The notes below the pieces were generated by a model, which saw nothing but the letters and a program-made list of their open reading frames with translations, was not told where the DNA came from and did not search any database. Both the position numbers and the translations under genes were made by a program. A DNA stretch of 64,000 nt, from positions 1,077 to 65,076 of the forward strand of contig JBEIJY010000011.1 of the NCBI GenBank assembly GCA_040380025.1. The letters run 5' to 3'. Origin of the DNA: Bdellovibrionales bacterium. Its GTDB lineage: Bacteria > Bdellovibrionota > UBA1018 > CAIMNF01. Of this stretch, positions 24,457-33,233 are shown in pieces (positions within the stretch are counted from its first letter, which is position 1; each line of letters begins with the position of its first letter).

Positions 24457-25582
24457 TTTCTTTGAACAGGTCTTCGATGTGAATGAATCGGATTTCCATG
24501 TTTTTTCGTTTTTCGGTGCGGGTTTTGGAGTCGCCGGTGATGACCCAATTCCTCCCCGACGGATAAATGCCCCTGAAAACAGAAAACGCATCGTCCGAGA
24601 AGCTCTTCTCCTTCCACTTGCATTCGATCGCGAGTGTGGTTCCCCGTTCGAGCTCAAGAACAAAATCGATTTCTTTTTTTGACTTCGTTCTCCAGAAACG
24701 CATGCTCTTTCCGAATCCGAATGCCTGAAAGGTTTCCAAGGTGAGATTCTCCAAAAAAGGCCCTTTGTCGCTCGATTCCAAGCGACGAATTCCTTGCGCA
24801 TACGAGCAAAAACCGGTGTCGAAGCCATAAATCTTGGGCTGACTGACCAGTTCTTGCTCGGCATTTTTTGCAAAAGGTCTCAAAACCGTAATGGCTTTTG
24901 TGACCTCGAGGGCCTCCAGATATTTGATCATCGTGGGGCGGGATACGCCGCTCGCTTGGGCCAGCTTGGTGAGTTCGAACAAGCTCGAGTTTGAAACCAG
25001 AAGATACTCGAGCGCCTTCAGGAACGGCAGGCGTTTTTCGATCGCGAACAGCTCCTGGATGTCTCTCGCGTAGAAGGAATCCATCCACTCGGCATAGAAG
25101 TCGTGGTCGGGCACGGGGGCGAGAAGAGCGGGGGGGAGTCCCCCGTGTAGAATACGCCGTTCCAGATCGATTTTGAATCCTGGCAGTTCCTCGACGAGAA
25201 CAGGCAAAAAGTGGACTTCCCTTTTTCTTCCCGTCAGAGTGTCCTTGAATTTTTTTCCTGCGACGAGGGTCGAGGACCCTGTGGCGAGAATCCGGACGTT
25301 GGGGTTCTCGTCTGCGGCGATTTTCAACAACATGCTCGCTTCGGGCAATTGATGAATCTCATCGAAAATCAACGTGCCGACCGGGGCTCTCTTCAAAAAC
25401 AGCTCAGGGTCTCTCATTTCGGCCTGAATCGAGGGTAGGTCGCAGTTGTAGTACGCGGCATCTTTGAAGGATTTCGCCAAAGTGGACTTGCCCGATCTTC
25501 GCACCCCCGCCAGCCAGACAATCGGGGCGCTCTGCCAGGTTTTTTCGATTTTTTTCGCCCAGAACGGTCTTGAGACATGCAT
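24425..25582 (-). CDS. AAA+ ATPase of the COG1373/DUF4143 type with PD-(D/E)xK-like C-terminal module (second, divergent paralogue)
   Basis: Walker A GVRRSGKST, Walker B LIFDEIHQ. C-terminal E..(n)..EIDFVLE..(n)..IECK. Confidence 0.85.
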   Translation of the reverse strand: MHVSRPFWAKKIEKTWQSAPIVWLAGVRRSGKSTLAKSFKDAAYYNCDLPSIQAEMRDPELFLKRAPVGTLIFDEIHQLPEASMLLKIAADENPNVRILATGSSTLVAGKKFKDTLTGRKREVHFLPVLVEELPGFKIDLERRILHGGLPPALLAPVPDHDFYAEWMDSFYARDIQELFAIEKRLPFLKALEYLLVSNSSLFELTKLAQASGVSRPTMIKYLEALEVTKAITVLRPFAKNAEQELVSQPKIYGFDTGFCSYAQGIRRLESSDKGPFLENLTLETFQAFGFGKSMRFWRTKSKKEIDFVLELERGTTLAIECKWKEKSFSDDAFSVFRGIYPSGRNWVITGDSKTRTEKRKNMEIRFIHIEDLFKEINDSLRPESP

Positions 25583-25590
25583 AAGTATAC

Positions 25591-25617
25591 TTTACATTTG
25601 GTTATACCAAATGTAAA
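25591..25617. promoter_or_regulatory. perfect palindrome TTTACATTTGGT-ATA-ACCAAATGTAAA, 8 nt upstream of ATG 25582
   Basis: 12-bp perfect arms. On the minus strand the arms supply TTTACA(-35)-17-TAAAGT(-10)-6-ATG. Confidence 0.65.
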
Positions 25618-25773
25618 ATGTGTTTTCATGGTCGACTGGATCAGGTGGGGCTTGTCTGATTTCGGAGTGGAGAGTCAGCGTCCAGTTCAGTATGAATTGG
25701 ACATGAAAATCTTAAAAAGCACCCCCGTGTTTGCCGAGCAGGCGAGGTAAGGATTCGATCATTCGGGGAACAT

Positions 25774-26220
25774 ATGCAATTGAAATTTAAAACCGAAGTC
25801 AGCTCTTCTTTGGAACAGGTACGATCAGGGTTCAGTCAGGATCTCTTTATGCAACTCAAGCCTTCTTTCCTTCGGTTGGTTGTGGATCGGTTCGATGGCT
25901 GTGCAAGGGGAGATGAGATTCACCTGAGAACGGGGATTCCGGGGTTGCTTCAGCCTTGGGTGAGCGTGATCACCGAGGACGCACTTACCGAAGACTCGTG
26001 GCTCTTTGTCGACGAAGGGAAATCGCTCCCCTTCCCCTTGCGCGAATGGAAGCATCGTCATGAGGTCAAGCGAACTAATAAGGGCACTTCCGAGATCTTG
26101 GATGAGATCGAATATTCTTCAGGGAATCGACTGCTCGATTTTGTGCTCTATGCGCCTCTGGTGCTTGTATTTTCGGTAAGAGCTCCGGTTTATCGAAAGG
26201 TTTTCGGACCTGTGGTTTGA
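25774..26220 (+). CDS. SRPBCC (START/polyketide-cyclase-like) ligand-binding domain protein
   Basis: 148 aa. The W.H.H.. beta-grasp pattern (REWKHRHEV) is typical of small SRPBCC proteins. Tentative. Confidence 0.55.
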   Translation: MQLKFKTEVSSSLEQVRSGFSQDLFMQLKPSFLRLVVDRFDGCARGDEIHLRTGIPGLLQPWVSVITEDALTEDSWLFVDEGKSLPFPLREWKHRHEVKRTNKGTSEILDEIEYSSGNRLLDFVLYAPLVLVFSVRAPVYRKVFGPVV

Positions 26221-26228
26221 ATGAGACT

Positions 26229-26278
26229 TTTGTCCTTTTCGAGACATCGGTACCACTCCATCCCGCCCCGAAATTAAA
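26229..26278. repeat. direct repeat copy A (28-nt identical core TACCACTCCATCCCGCCCCGAAATTAAA)
   Basis: Core 26251-26278 is identical to 28304-28331. The 22 nt to the left match 17/22. Weaker similarity (G(G/C)CCCCGGA) continues about 12 nt to the right. Confidence 0.8.
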
Positions 26279-27036
26279 CTGGCGGCCCCGGAGTCGGGAA
26301 TGGCACCAGCGCGAGTTCCGTGATTACTAGGGTTTAGCTCCGAGTCGCAGGGGGGATCGAATCATGCACGGTCGAGACCGAACCTGAAGGTGCTTTGCGA
26401 GCGGGTGGGGGTGAGTCTTGAGGTGGTGTTGGTGGGGGATCCCGCAGTATGCAAGCGCCGTCGTACCGGATACTCCATTCATTGGCCCAGATTTGTGTGC
26501 GTTGGGGATGGCGGACAACAATACGCAAATTTGCTTCCTCATCGCTCTTTCGATTTCTTGGGGTACTTTCGCAAAAATGGCTTGTGATACCAAAGATGAT
26601 GATCGCCGAATTGGCTTGTATCCGGCTTGCTTGCGGGCTTGCCCTTCTGCTTCCATGGTGGATTTCTCAGGTCGAACTCTTCGGGCCTTCGGGCGGAGAT
26701 GAACGTTGGCTTTCCCGGTCCTTGAGGTATTGCAGGTTTCGGTTTTTCTCTGATTCTATTTTCGGGGTGGAAGATGTCTCCCTTGTTGCACCGCTCAACA
26801 AACGACCATGTTCTCGCTCGATTTCGTATTCTCTGTTTCATTCAGGAATTCATTCGACTTTTCTTGTTCATGTTGGTGAAACTCCTTGAAAATTCCTCGG
26901 TTTGCAACCATTTTTACGGGGTCGCATTCAGCTATTGATCCGGCTCCCCCGGGCTTGCTCCGCTTGCATCTGAACCATTTACTCTCGGTTCCTCCCTGTT
27001 ATTATAAAAGCATCAATCCGTGGGGAGGGAATCTGT

Positions 27037-27207
27037 ATGATGCTCATCGGTTTCGGTTTTTTCATGGTTTTTCTGATCGGAATTGCGATCGTGACATTGA
27101 TCTCGATTCATAACGGGATCATCCCCCGCCAGAACCGGGTGGATCGTGACCGCATCTCGCAGTTTCCCGAGCGCTTCTTTCACTCATCGATGAACCGTGG
27201 TCTTTGA
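27037..27207 (+). CDS. 56-aa TM peptide resembling the N-terminus of LemA (possible truncated LemA)
   Basis: SD GGGGAGGGA. MMLIGFGFFMVFLIGIAIVTLISIHNGIIPRQNRVD.. resembles the LemA TM + YNxLVxxxNxV start. The ORF stops about 130 aa short of a normal LemA. Confidence 0.3.
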   Translation: MMLIGFGFFMVFLIGIAIVTLISIHNGIIPRQNRVDRDRISQFPERFFHSSMNRGL

Positions 27208-27210
27208 TCG

Positions 27211-27999
27211 ATGGCCCGGGAGATAGATGGATGGATAGTGATTTTCGGTTGTTATTTTTTCGGCGGAATACTGCTGAGGGAAGGCTTCCGCATGTTTCGA
27301 GCGAAAAGGCAGATCGAGGATCTTTCCACGAGCAAAATAGGGACAGCGGTCCAAGGGCTCGTCGAGTTCCAGGGCCGCGCGAGAGCCTGCGAGGGAAAGG
27401 TGTTCGTTGCCCTCGATGGAACTGCGGTGGTCCATTCGAAGATTGAGGTCCAGGTTTTAAAAACCGGTAAGAGCGGGGGCTGGACGACCCGGTGGTCTTA
27501 TGAAGTGGGAGAGGAATTCTTGCTTGAGGATTCGAGTGGCGTTGCGTACGTGAACGTCAAAGGTGCGGATTTCTTCGTGGAAAAGGAAACCACCGACTGG
27601 CGGAGTGTCGCGGACGATCGAAGAGCGGCATTCGTGTCGAATTCGTGCGGAAATATCGGGTTTGTCTCGGAAATGGCCGTCGGAAAGTGGCGAATCATCG
27701 AAAAAAAGATTTCAGTGGGTGAGTCGGTACTGGTCATCGGTAAATTCGAAACACGGGCCAGTGAGCCCATGGTGGACCTTTCGGACTCTTTGACCGGCAT
27801 TGTGCGAAAGGTTCGCTCGAGCGGGATGGTCATGAAAGATGAGGTGCATCGTTTGCTCATCGCAGATGGGACCCAGACCCAGATCCTGAAACGGGTCCGA
27901 TGGGGATTTGCGATCATGTTGCTCGGAGCCGTGATGCTGACTGCGGGAATCGTTTTCACACTCTATAAGATTCAAAACCACCAGAGTCAATCGTGGTAG
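27211..27999 (+). CDS. GIDE-domain membrane protein
   Basis: N- and C-terminal TM helices flanking a beta-rich domain (VQGLVEFQGRA...FLLEDSSGVAYVNVKGADF), as in bacterial GIDE proteins that commonly follow lemA. Confidence 0.6.
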   Translation: MAREIDGWIVIFGCYFFGGILLREGFRMFRAKRQIEDLSTSKIGTAVQGLVEFQGRARACEGKVFVALDGTAVVHSKIEVQVLKTGKSGGWTTRWSYEVGEEFLLEDSSGVAYVNVKGADFFVEKETTDWRSVADDRRAAFVSNSCGNIGFVSEMAVGKWRIIEKKISVGESVLVIGKFETRASEPMVDLSDSLTGIVRKVRSSGMVMKDEVHRLLIADGTQTQILKRVRWGFAIMLLGAVMLTAGIVFTLYKIQNHQSQSW

Positions 28000-28106
28000 C
28001 GGGCGTGAGCTGTTATTCGGGGGCAGGGTGGGCTTCAGGAGCACATCAAACTGTCCGGTCTAGGAGGGGGTAAGTACAGCCAATTAGTGTGAATCAAACT
28101 AACGAA

Positions 28107-28247
28107 ATGAAGGATCACGGTGTGAAGCTTGTGCTCCCGAAAGAGTTGATCGAGCCTTTTAGCCCATCACAACGTAAAGATGTTATTAGCCTTGGTGATT
28201 TTTTAACTTTGGTGAAAGACAGGCAAGTGCATGCGCTTAAAGCATAG
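28107..28247 (+). CDS. 46-aa AbrB/MazE/SpoVT-like small ORF (orphan antitoxin-like)
   Basis: MKDHGVKLVLPKELIEPFSPSQRKDVISLGDFLTLVK resembles the swapped-hairpin xxLPKELxExL...GDxVxL pattern. AT-rich patch, weak RBS, below the track cut-off. Confidence 0.25.
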   Translation: MKDHGVKLVLPKELIEPFSPSQRKDVISLGDFLTLVKDRQVHALKA

Positions 28248-28281
28248 GTGATTTCGTGGTGTCTGCTTTGTGTGTTGGTTT

Positions 28282-28331
28282 CTTGTCCCTTTCGATCCAT
28301 CGCTACCACTCCATCCCGCCCCGAAATTAAA
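28282..28331. repeat. direct repeat copy B
   Basis: See copy A. Lies 42 nt beyond the 3' end of tRNA-Ser and runs into the terminator A-tract. Confidence 0.8.
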
Positions 28332-28366
28332 AAAGCCCCCGGAACCGTTGGCTCCGAGGGCTTTTT
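28330..28366. terminator. bidirectional hairpin AAAAAGCCC...GGGCTTTTT downstream of tRNA-Ser
   Basis: 9-bp outer stem (28330-28338 / 28358-28366) with inner CGGA/TCCG. A/T tracts on both sides. Confidence 0.65.
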
Positions 28367-28370
28367 AAAA

Positions 28371-28463
<93 letters not shown>

Positions 28464-28559
28464 TGAAACAACGAAACTGGTTTTCCTGCGAGTGCCCGTA
28501 TGGGGCATTGGTTGAAGATCGTCAGGGAGCCCCTGTTCTACCCATGCGGGTGATTTTCG

Positions 28560-29615
28560 TCAAGGGTCACGGCCCCCGAGGGGCTTATTCCCGCTCGCCC
28601 GATTCAGCCGATCCGCAATCGCGGCCCCGAGCCCCGAATCGACCCGCTCTGGCAGGTCCGCCACAATAAAATCCACAAACGGGTCCTCATCGAGGCGCCG
28701 AAGCTCCGAGAACAGCCTTCGGGCCGCCTCCTCGAGCGATCCCGTGCCCGACAAATCCCGCTGAAGAAGCGCTCCCGCACGCCCCTGTGCGCCCAGACTG
28801 CGCGCAAAGGCCTCGGCCTCGGCCAAAGACTTCGCCTCGCCCGGAAGCAAATAGAGCGCCTTGCGGGGCGCATAGTGCTGGTCTAACAGCCCCGGGGCGA
28901 CGGGGGATTCTTGCTCCATCAGGCCTTTTTTGACCCCGACCGGGATGCCAAAAAATCGCTCGAGCTCCTCGTGCCCGATCTTGCCGGGACGAAGAATCGT
29001 AAGCGCGCCTTCCTCGATTTTTAAAATCGTCGACTCGACCCCCACAGCACACGACCCTCCGTCGACAATCGCCGAGATCCGTCCGTCGAGCTCGGTCTTG
29101 GCGTGATTCGCGGTCGTGGGCGAGATCCGTCCGAAGCGATTCGCGCTCGGGGCCGCCAGGGGGAATCCCACCCGCTCCAAAACTCGCTGAAACACCGGAT
29201 GCGCCGGCATGCGGATTCCCACCGTCGCGAGACCACTCGAGACTTCGCCCGGAATCTTCGGGCCCTTCGGTAAAACCAAGGTCAGCGGACCGGGCCAAAA
29301 TCGCATCATCGCGCGAGCAATCGCGCCCCCCATCGAAGATTCCCTGAGCCCGGGCGAGAGCACGCCCTGTTCGATCAGTGCCTCGAGCGGGCCTTTCGGG
29401 TGGCCAAGGACTGCGCCACTCACATGAACAATGAGCGGATCAAACGAAGGCCTCTCTTTTGCCGCGAAAATTTTGAGAACCGCGTTCGAAGAAAACGCAT
29501 TCCCCGCAAGCCCGTACACGGTCTCGGTCGGGAGCGCCACGACTTCATCGCGCGACAAAAGCTCGCACGCGCGGTCGAGGTCGGCCGGGGAATTTTGAAG
29601 AATCTCGGTCCTCAA
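28560..29615 (-). CDS. tsaC: L-threonylcarbamoyladenylate synthase (Sua5/YwlC type, with C-terminal Sua5 domain)
   Basis: LPTETVYGLAGNA, RPSFDPLIVH and SANRFG motifs. 351 aa. Confidence 0.9.
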   Translation of the reverse strand: MRTEILQNSPADLDRACELLSRDEVVALPTETVYGLAGNAFSSNAVLKIFAAKERPSFDPLIVHVSGAVLGHPKGPLEALIEQGVLSPGLRESSMGGAIARAMMRFWPGPLTLVLPKGPKIPGEVSSGLATVGIRMPAHPVFQRVLERVGFPLAAPSANRFGRISPTTANHAKTELDGRISAIVDGGSCAVGVESTILKIEEGALTILRPGKIGHEELERFFGIPVGVKKGLMEQESPVAPGLLDQHYAPRKALYLLPGEAKSLAEAEAFARSLGAQGRAGALLQRDLSGTGSLEEAARRLFSELRRLDEDPFVDFIVADLPERVDSGLGAAIADRLNRASGNKPLGGRDP

Positions 29616-31036
29616 GACGATGTGCCTCCCGCGATCAGCGCGCGAAGAACCATCTCCATTTTCATTCCGCGCGAGCCCTTCACGAGCACCCTTGCCCCGG
29701 GACGAAGTGCCGGCAAAAGCGCGCGCACGAGCTCGTCATGGGTCTCGAAGTGGCGGGCTCCGGTGTGGCCCCGCTTGGTCAGCTCATCCAAAAGCCACTT
29801 CATGCGGGGCCCGTACAGCCACACATCCTTCACGCCGAACTCGAGCACCGAATCAGCCGCCTCGCGATGGAATCGCTCCTCGTTGTCGCCGAGTTCGAGC
29901 ATGTCGCCCAACACGGCATGAAGACCGCCCAGCGCGCCCGTTGCGTCGGTGGCACCAGAGGCGCGCAAGAGCTTCAGTGCCGCACGAAGCGAGGTGGGGT
30001 TCGAGTTGTAATGGTCGCCGATCACGCTTATGCCGTTGGCGAGGGAGTGCAATTCGGTCCGGCCCGTGGCCGTCTTGAAGGTAGAAATTCCGCGCGCGAT
30101 CTCTGAGGAATCCAAGCCAAAGAACCGGCTCACGACCACGGCGGCAAGAAGGTTCTCGGCATGGTGTTCGCCCGGCAAGGGGCAGGCAAACTCCATTGCC
30201 TCGTCTTTCTCGCTTGAGCTCCTGCGCACGGTGAGGCGCGCCTCTTTCGCATCATAGACCCCGGTAAAATCTGCGCCATCGGCAGGATTCATCGAATAGG
30301 TGAAGTGGGGCGTGCTTTTGAGCGTCTCGCGGTTTTTTCGGTACCACTCCGAAACAAACGAATCGCCAAGATGGATCGCCATCGGTACTTTGCGGGCCAA
30401 TGCGTGGTCGAAGGCCTTCAGCTCCTCTTCGGCCGCGATTTCGATCGTCTTCAGCTGGTGCAAATGTTCGGGCCCGGTGCGGGTCAGGATCACATGCGTG
30501 GGCTCGACGAGTTCCATGTGTTGTTCCATCGCGCCGATCTCGTCGATTCCGATCTCGATCACGCCGACCTCGGTCGATGCGTTCAGGCCAAACAGCGTGA
30601 GCGGAATCCCCAGGAATCCGTTCTGGCTGCCCTCGGTCTTTACGATCGAGCCGTAGCGGCCGGCAAGAACGCTTGCGATGAGTTCCTTCGTGGTGGTTTT
30701 TCCGACCGCGCCCACGACGCCGATCAGGGGGATCTCGAATTTCTTTCGTTGGGCGCGGGCGAGTGCGCGAATCGCATTCATGGTCGAGGGGACCTGAAAA
30801 AACGCCCCCGTCGGATGGCTCCCCGGACGCTCGCTCACGATGGCGACGGCGCCCTTCTCGATCGCGGTCGGAATGAAATCATGCCCGTCAAAGCGATCGC
30901 CCGGAATCGCGACGAACATCGAGCCGGGCCCCGCATCGCGGGAGTCGGTGGTGATGCGGTCGATGGCAAGCGGGGCGGAGGGGGCGGGGAGACCCAGGAT
31001 TCGCGCGGCTTCGGTCGTGTTCAAAGAAAGACTCAT
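29612..31036 (-). CDS. murF: UDP-N-acetylmuramoyl-tripeptide--D-alanyl-D-alanine ligase
   Basis: Mur ligase motifs GVVGAVGKTTTKE and DHYNSNPTS. Start set at ATG 31036 (the track ORF extends to a TTG at 31063). Confidence 0.9.
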   Translation of the reverse strand: MSLSLNTTEAARILGLPAPSAPLAIDRITTDSRDAGPGSMFVAIPGDRFDGHDFIPTAIEKGAVAIVSERPGSHPTGAFFQVPSTMNAIRALARAQRKKFEIPLIGVVGAVGKTTTKELIASVLAGRYGSIVKTEGSQNGFLGIPLTLFGLNASTEVGVIEIGIDEIGAMEQHMELVEPTHVILTRTGPEHLHQLKTIEIAAEEELKAFDHALARKVPMAIHLGDSFVSEWYRKNRETLKSTPHFTYSMNPADGADFTGVYDAKEARLTVRRSSSEKDEAMEFACPLPGEHHAENLLAAVVVSRFFGLDSSEIARGISTFKTATGRTELHSLANGISVIGDHYNSNPTSLRAALKLLRASGATDATGALGGLHAVLGDMLELGDNEERFHREAADSVLEFGVKDVWLYGPRMKWLLDELTKRGHTGARHFETHDELVRALLPALRPGARVLVKGSRGMKMEMVLRALIAGGTSS

Positions 31037-31064
31037 GGAAGTGATCTTACCAGATCGCACCAAA

Positions 31065-31100
31065 ACAAAAACCCCCTGATCCGGCGGACCAGGGGGTTTT
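31065..31100. terminator. bidirectional hairpin CCCCCTG...CAGGGGG with flanking A/T tracts
   Basis: Stem 31072-31078 / 31090-31096, located between the dsbA-like stop and the murF start. Confidence 0.6.
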
Positions 31101-31121
31101 CAAAACAGTCTTTTTTGGGTC

Positions 31122-32180
31122 TTACTTCGCGTCGAGTTCTTCTTCGATCACTTCTGAGAACTGCTCGATCGGGAGCGCGCCGCTCAAAAGCTGACCGTTT
31201 ACGAAGAAGGTCGGAGTGGAGCGCACGCCGAGTTTCTCGCCGTAAGACAGATCGCTCTTCACGAAGTCAGAGAACTTCTTCGATTCGAAGCATTCTTTGA
31301 ATTTCGCTTCGTCCGCGCCAGCTTGTTTTGCAAGCTTGGTGAGGTTCTCGGCATCGAGCTTGTCTTGGGCCGCGAACGCGAGATCGTGGAACTTCCAGAA
31401 CTTGTCCTTGCCTTGCTCATGAACGCACATCGAAGCCTCGGAAGTCGGGCCCGCGTTCGAGTGCATGGGAAGAGGGAAGTGCTTGAAGGCGACCTTGATC
31501 TTGTTCCCGTATTTCTTCTTCAGTTCGCTCACGGTCTTGGCTGCGCGACTGCAGAACGGACATTGGAAGTCCGAGAACTCGACGATGGTCACTTTCGCCG
31601 ATTCGCCGCCCATGACGGGGGAGTTGCCGACATCCACCTGGATGCTCGACTTCGGCTTTTTGAAGTACACTTCGACCGGTGCGCCCTTGGTGAGCTTCGC
31701 GACGACCGATTTGATCATGTCGTCTTTTTTCTGCTCTTTCATGTAGTCGAAGATGCGACCTTTGACCTGATCGTTGATGTTGTCCTTCGGGATGTTCTTT
31801 TCTTTGACGAACTTCTGGAATTCCGCATCCGAGATCTTGATCTCGCCTTTCAGGATTTTCTTTTCGACGTACTCTTCGGCAGAGGCGAGGCCGGCTTTTT
31901 TCGCCTCGGCGCCGAGAACGCGCTCCTGGATGAGCTTGTTCAGCTGATTCATCTTGAGCTCGTATTCCTGCTTCTTCAGTTGCATCAGCTCAAGTTGCGC
32001 ATCCCCGATGAGCTGTTCTTCGGTGATGTCCTCTCCGTTGATTTTCGCCACAATCCCCGGTTGGGTTGCGTCTTTGAAAACCATGTTGATCTTGGCCTTG
32101 GCGTTTTCGGTGCAGGCCACCATGACTGCTGCAGTCAGGAGAGCGGCACTGAGAATCCCCAGTGTACGTTTCTTGTTCAT
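31122..32180 (-). CDS. DsbA-family thiol:disulfide oxidoreductase lipoprotein with N-terminal SurA-N-like region
   Basis: Lipobox AVMVAC. Thioredoxin active site FSDFQCPFC. Confidence 0.8.
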   Translation of the reverse strand: MNKKRTLGILSAALLTAAVMVACTENAKAKINMVFKDATQPGIVAKINGEDITEEQLIGDAQLELMQLKKQEYELKMNQLNKLIQERVLGAEAKKAGLASAEEYVEKKILKGEIKISDAEFQKFVKEKNIPKDNINDQVKGRIFDYMKEQKKDDMIKSVVAKLTKGAPVEVYFKKPKSSIQVDVGNSPVMGGESAKVTIVEFSDFQCPFCSRAAKTVSELKKKYGNKIKVAFKHFPLPMHSNAGPTSEASMCVHEQGKDKFWKFHDLAFAAQDKLDAENLTKLAKQAGADEAKFKECFESKKFSDFVKSDLSYGEKLGVRSTPTFFVNGQLLSGALPIEQFSEVIEEELDAK

Positions 32181-32226
32181 TTGCTATGTCCTTTCGTAGC
32201 GTTGCTTGAAAAAGAGGCTAGCCCAA

Positions 32227-33210
32227 CTAAAAGGTTTGCACAAGGTCATGGATTCGAAGAAGTCCGAGCGCGTGTCCCGCGTGATCGACCACCGGAAGAA
32301 CGCTGATCTGGCTTTCACGCTCCTCCATGAGTCGCAATGCGTCATATGCGAGCAAGTCCGGAGAAACCGTGATCGGCGAACGGGTCATCACTTCGCGTGC
32401 GCAGAGCCCGAAGAATTCTTCTTTTTTGCGAAGGGCCCGGCGCAAGTCCCCGTCGGTGATGATTCCGAGGAGTCTCGCTCCATCGCACACCAGGACGGCT
32501 CCGAGTTTGCGCTCGGTCAAGCGCTCGATCACTTCTTGCATCGAAGCGGACTCGTTCACGACCGGTGCCTCGGGCAGGGCGTGCATCAGGTCCCTCACTA
32601 AAAGCTGAAGGCGTCGTCCGAGCGATCCGCCGGGATGATTCTTTGCAAAATCTTCAGCCGAGAATCCCCGCGCGCGCATCAGGGCGATCGAAAGCGCATC
32701 CCCGATGGCAAGGGTGAGTGTGGTGCTCGAGGTGGGGGCGAGGTTGTGCGCGCAGGCTTCTTCGCTCACCGAGCAGTCGATCACCACGCGCGATCGTTTC
32801 GCGAGCTTCGAGTCGGCGTTTCCGGTCATCGCAATGATCGGCGATCCTCGCTTCTCGAAGAAAGGAAGAAGCGAGACGACCTCTTCGGTGTTCCCCGTGT
32901 GGCTGATCGCAATCACGACGTCTTCGGGACCCACCACGCCGAGGTCCCCGTGGAGTGCCTCGGTGGGATGAACGTAAACAGCGGGGGTTCCGGTGCTCGA
33001 GAGGGTGGCTGCGATTTTGGCAGCGATTTTCCCGGATTTTCCGAGGCCCGCCACCAGGACCTTGCCGTTCTTGCGAGTCCCTTCAAGCAGAAGGGAGAGT
33101 GCGGACTCGATCGAATTTTTGTGTTCGGCGCTGTTCTCGAATCGCAACAGTGCCTGGCGGATCGCCTCGGATTCGAGCCGGAGCACCCGGCAAAACTCTT
33201 TGAACTCCAT
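32227..33210 (-). CDS. kdsD: arabinose-5-phosphate isomerase (KpsF/GutQ/KdsD family: SIS + tandem CBS)
   Basis: GLGKSGKIAAKIAATLSSTG SIS motif and two C-terminal CBS repeats. Confidence 0.9.
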   Translation of the reverse strand: MEFKEFCRVLRLESEAIRQALLRFENSAEHKNSIESALSLLLEGTRKNGKVLVAGLGKSGKIAAKIAATLSSTGTPAVYVHPTEALHGDLGVVGPEDVVIAISHTGNTEEVVSLLPFFEKRGSPIIAMTGNADSKLAKRSRVVIDCSVSEEACAHNLAPTSSTTLTLAIGDALSIALMRARGFSAEDFAKNHPGGSLGRRLQLLVRDLMHALPEAPVVNESASMQEVIERLTERKLGAVLVCDGARLLGIITDGDLRRALRKKEEFFGLCAREVMTRSPITVSPDLLAYDALRLMEERESQISVLPVVDHAGHALGLLRIHDLVQTF

Positions 33211-33233
33211 GGCGGTATGCTACACTAAAATCC

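Noticed and set aside
26290-26380. tRNA-like fragments (GGGGGGATCGAATC resembling a T-loop, and a GCCGCCAG end on the minus strand) near repeat copy A.
   Set aside because: I could not fold a T-arm or acceptor stem on either strand, so the resemblance is superficial.
26279-28303. An intact genomic island or prophage at the tRNA-Ser locus.
   Set aside because: No integrase, recombinase or phage-like gene is visible anywhere between the repeats or in the flanks. Only the repeat scar is reported as a finding.
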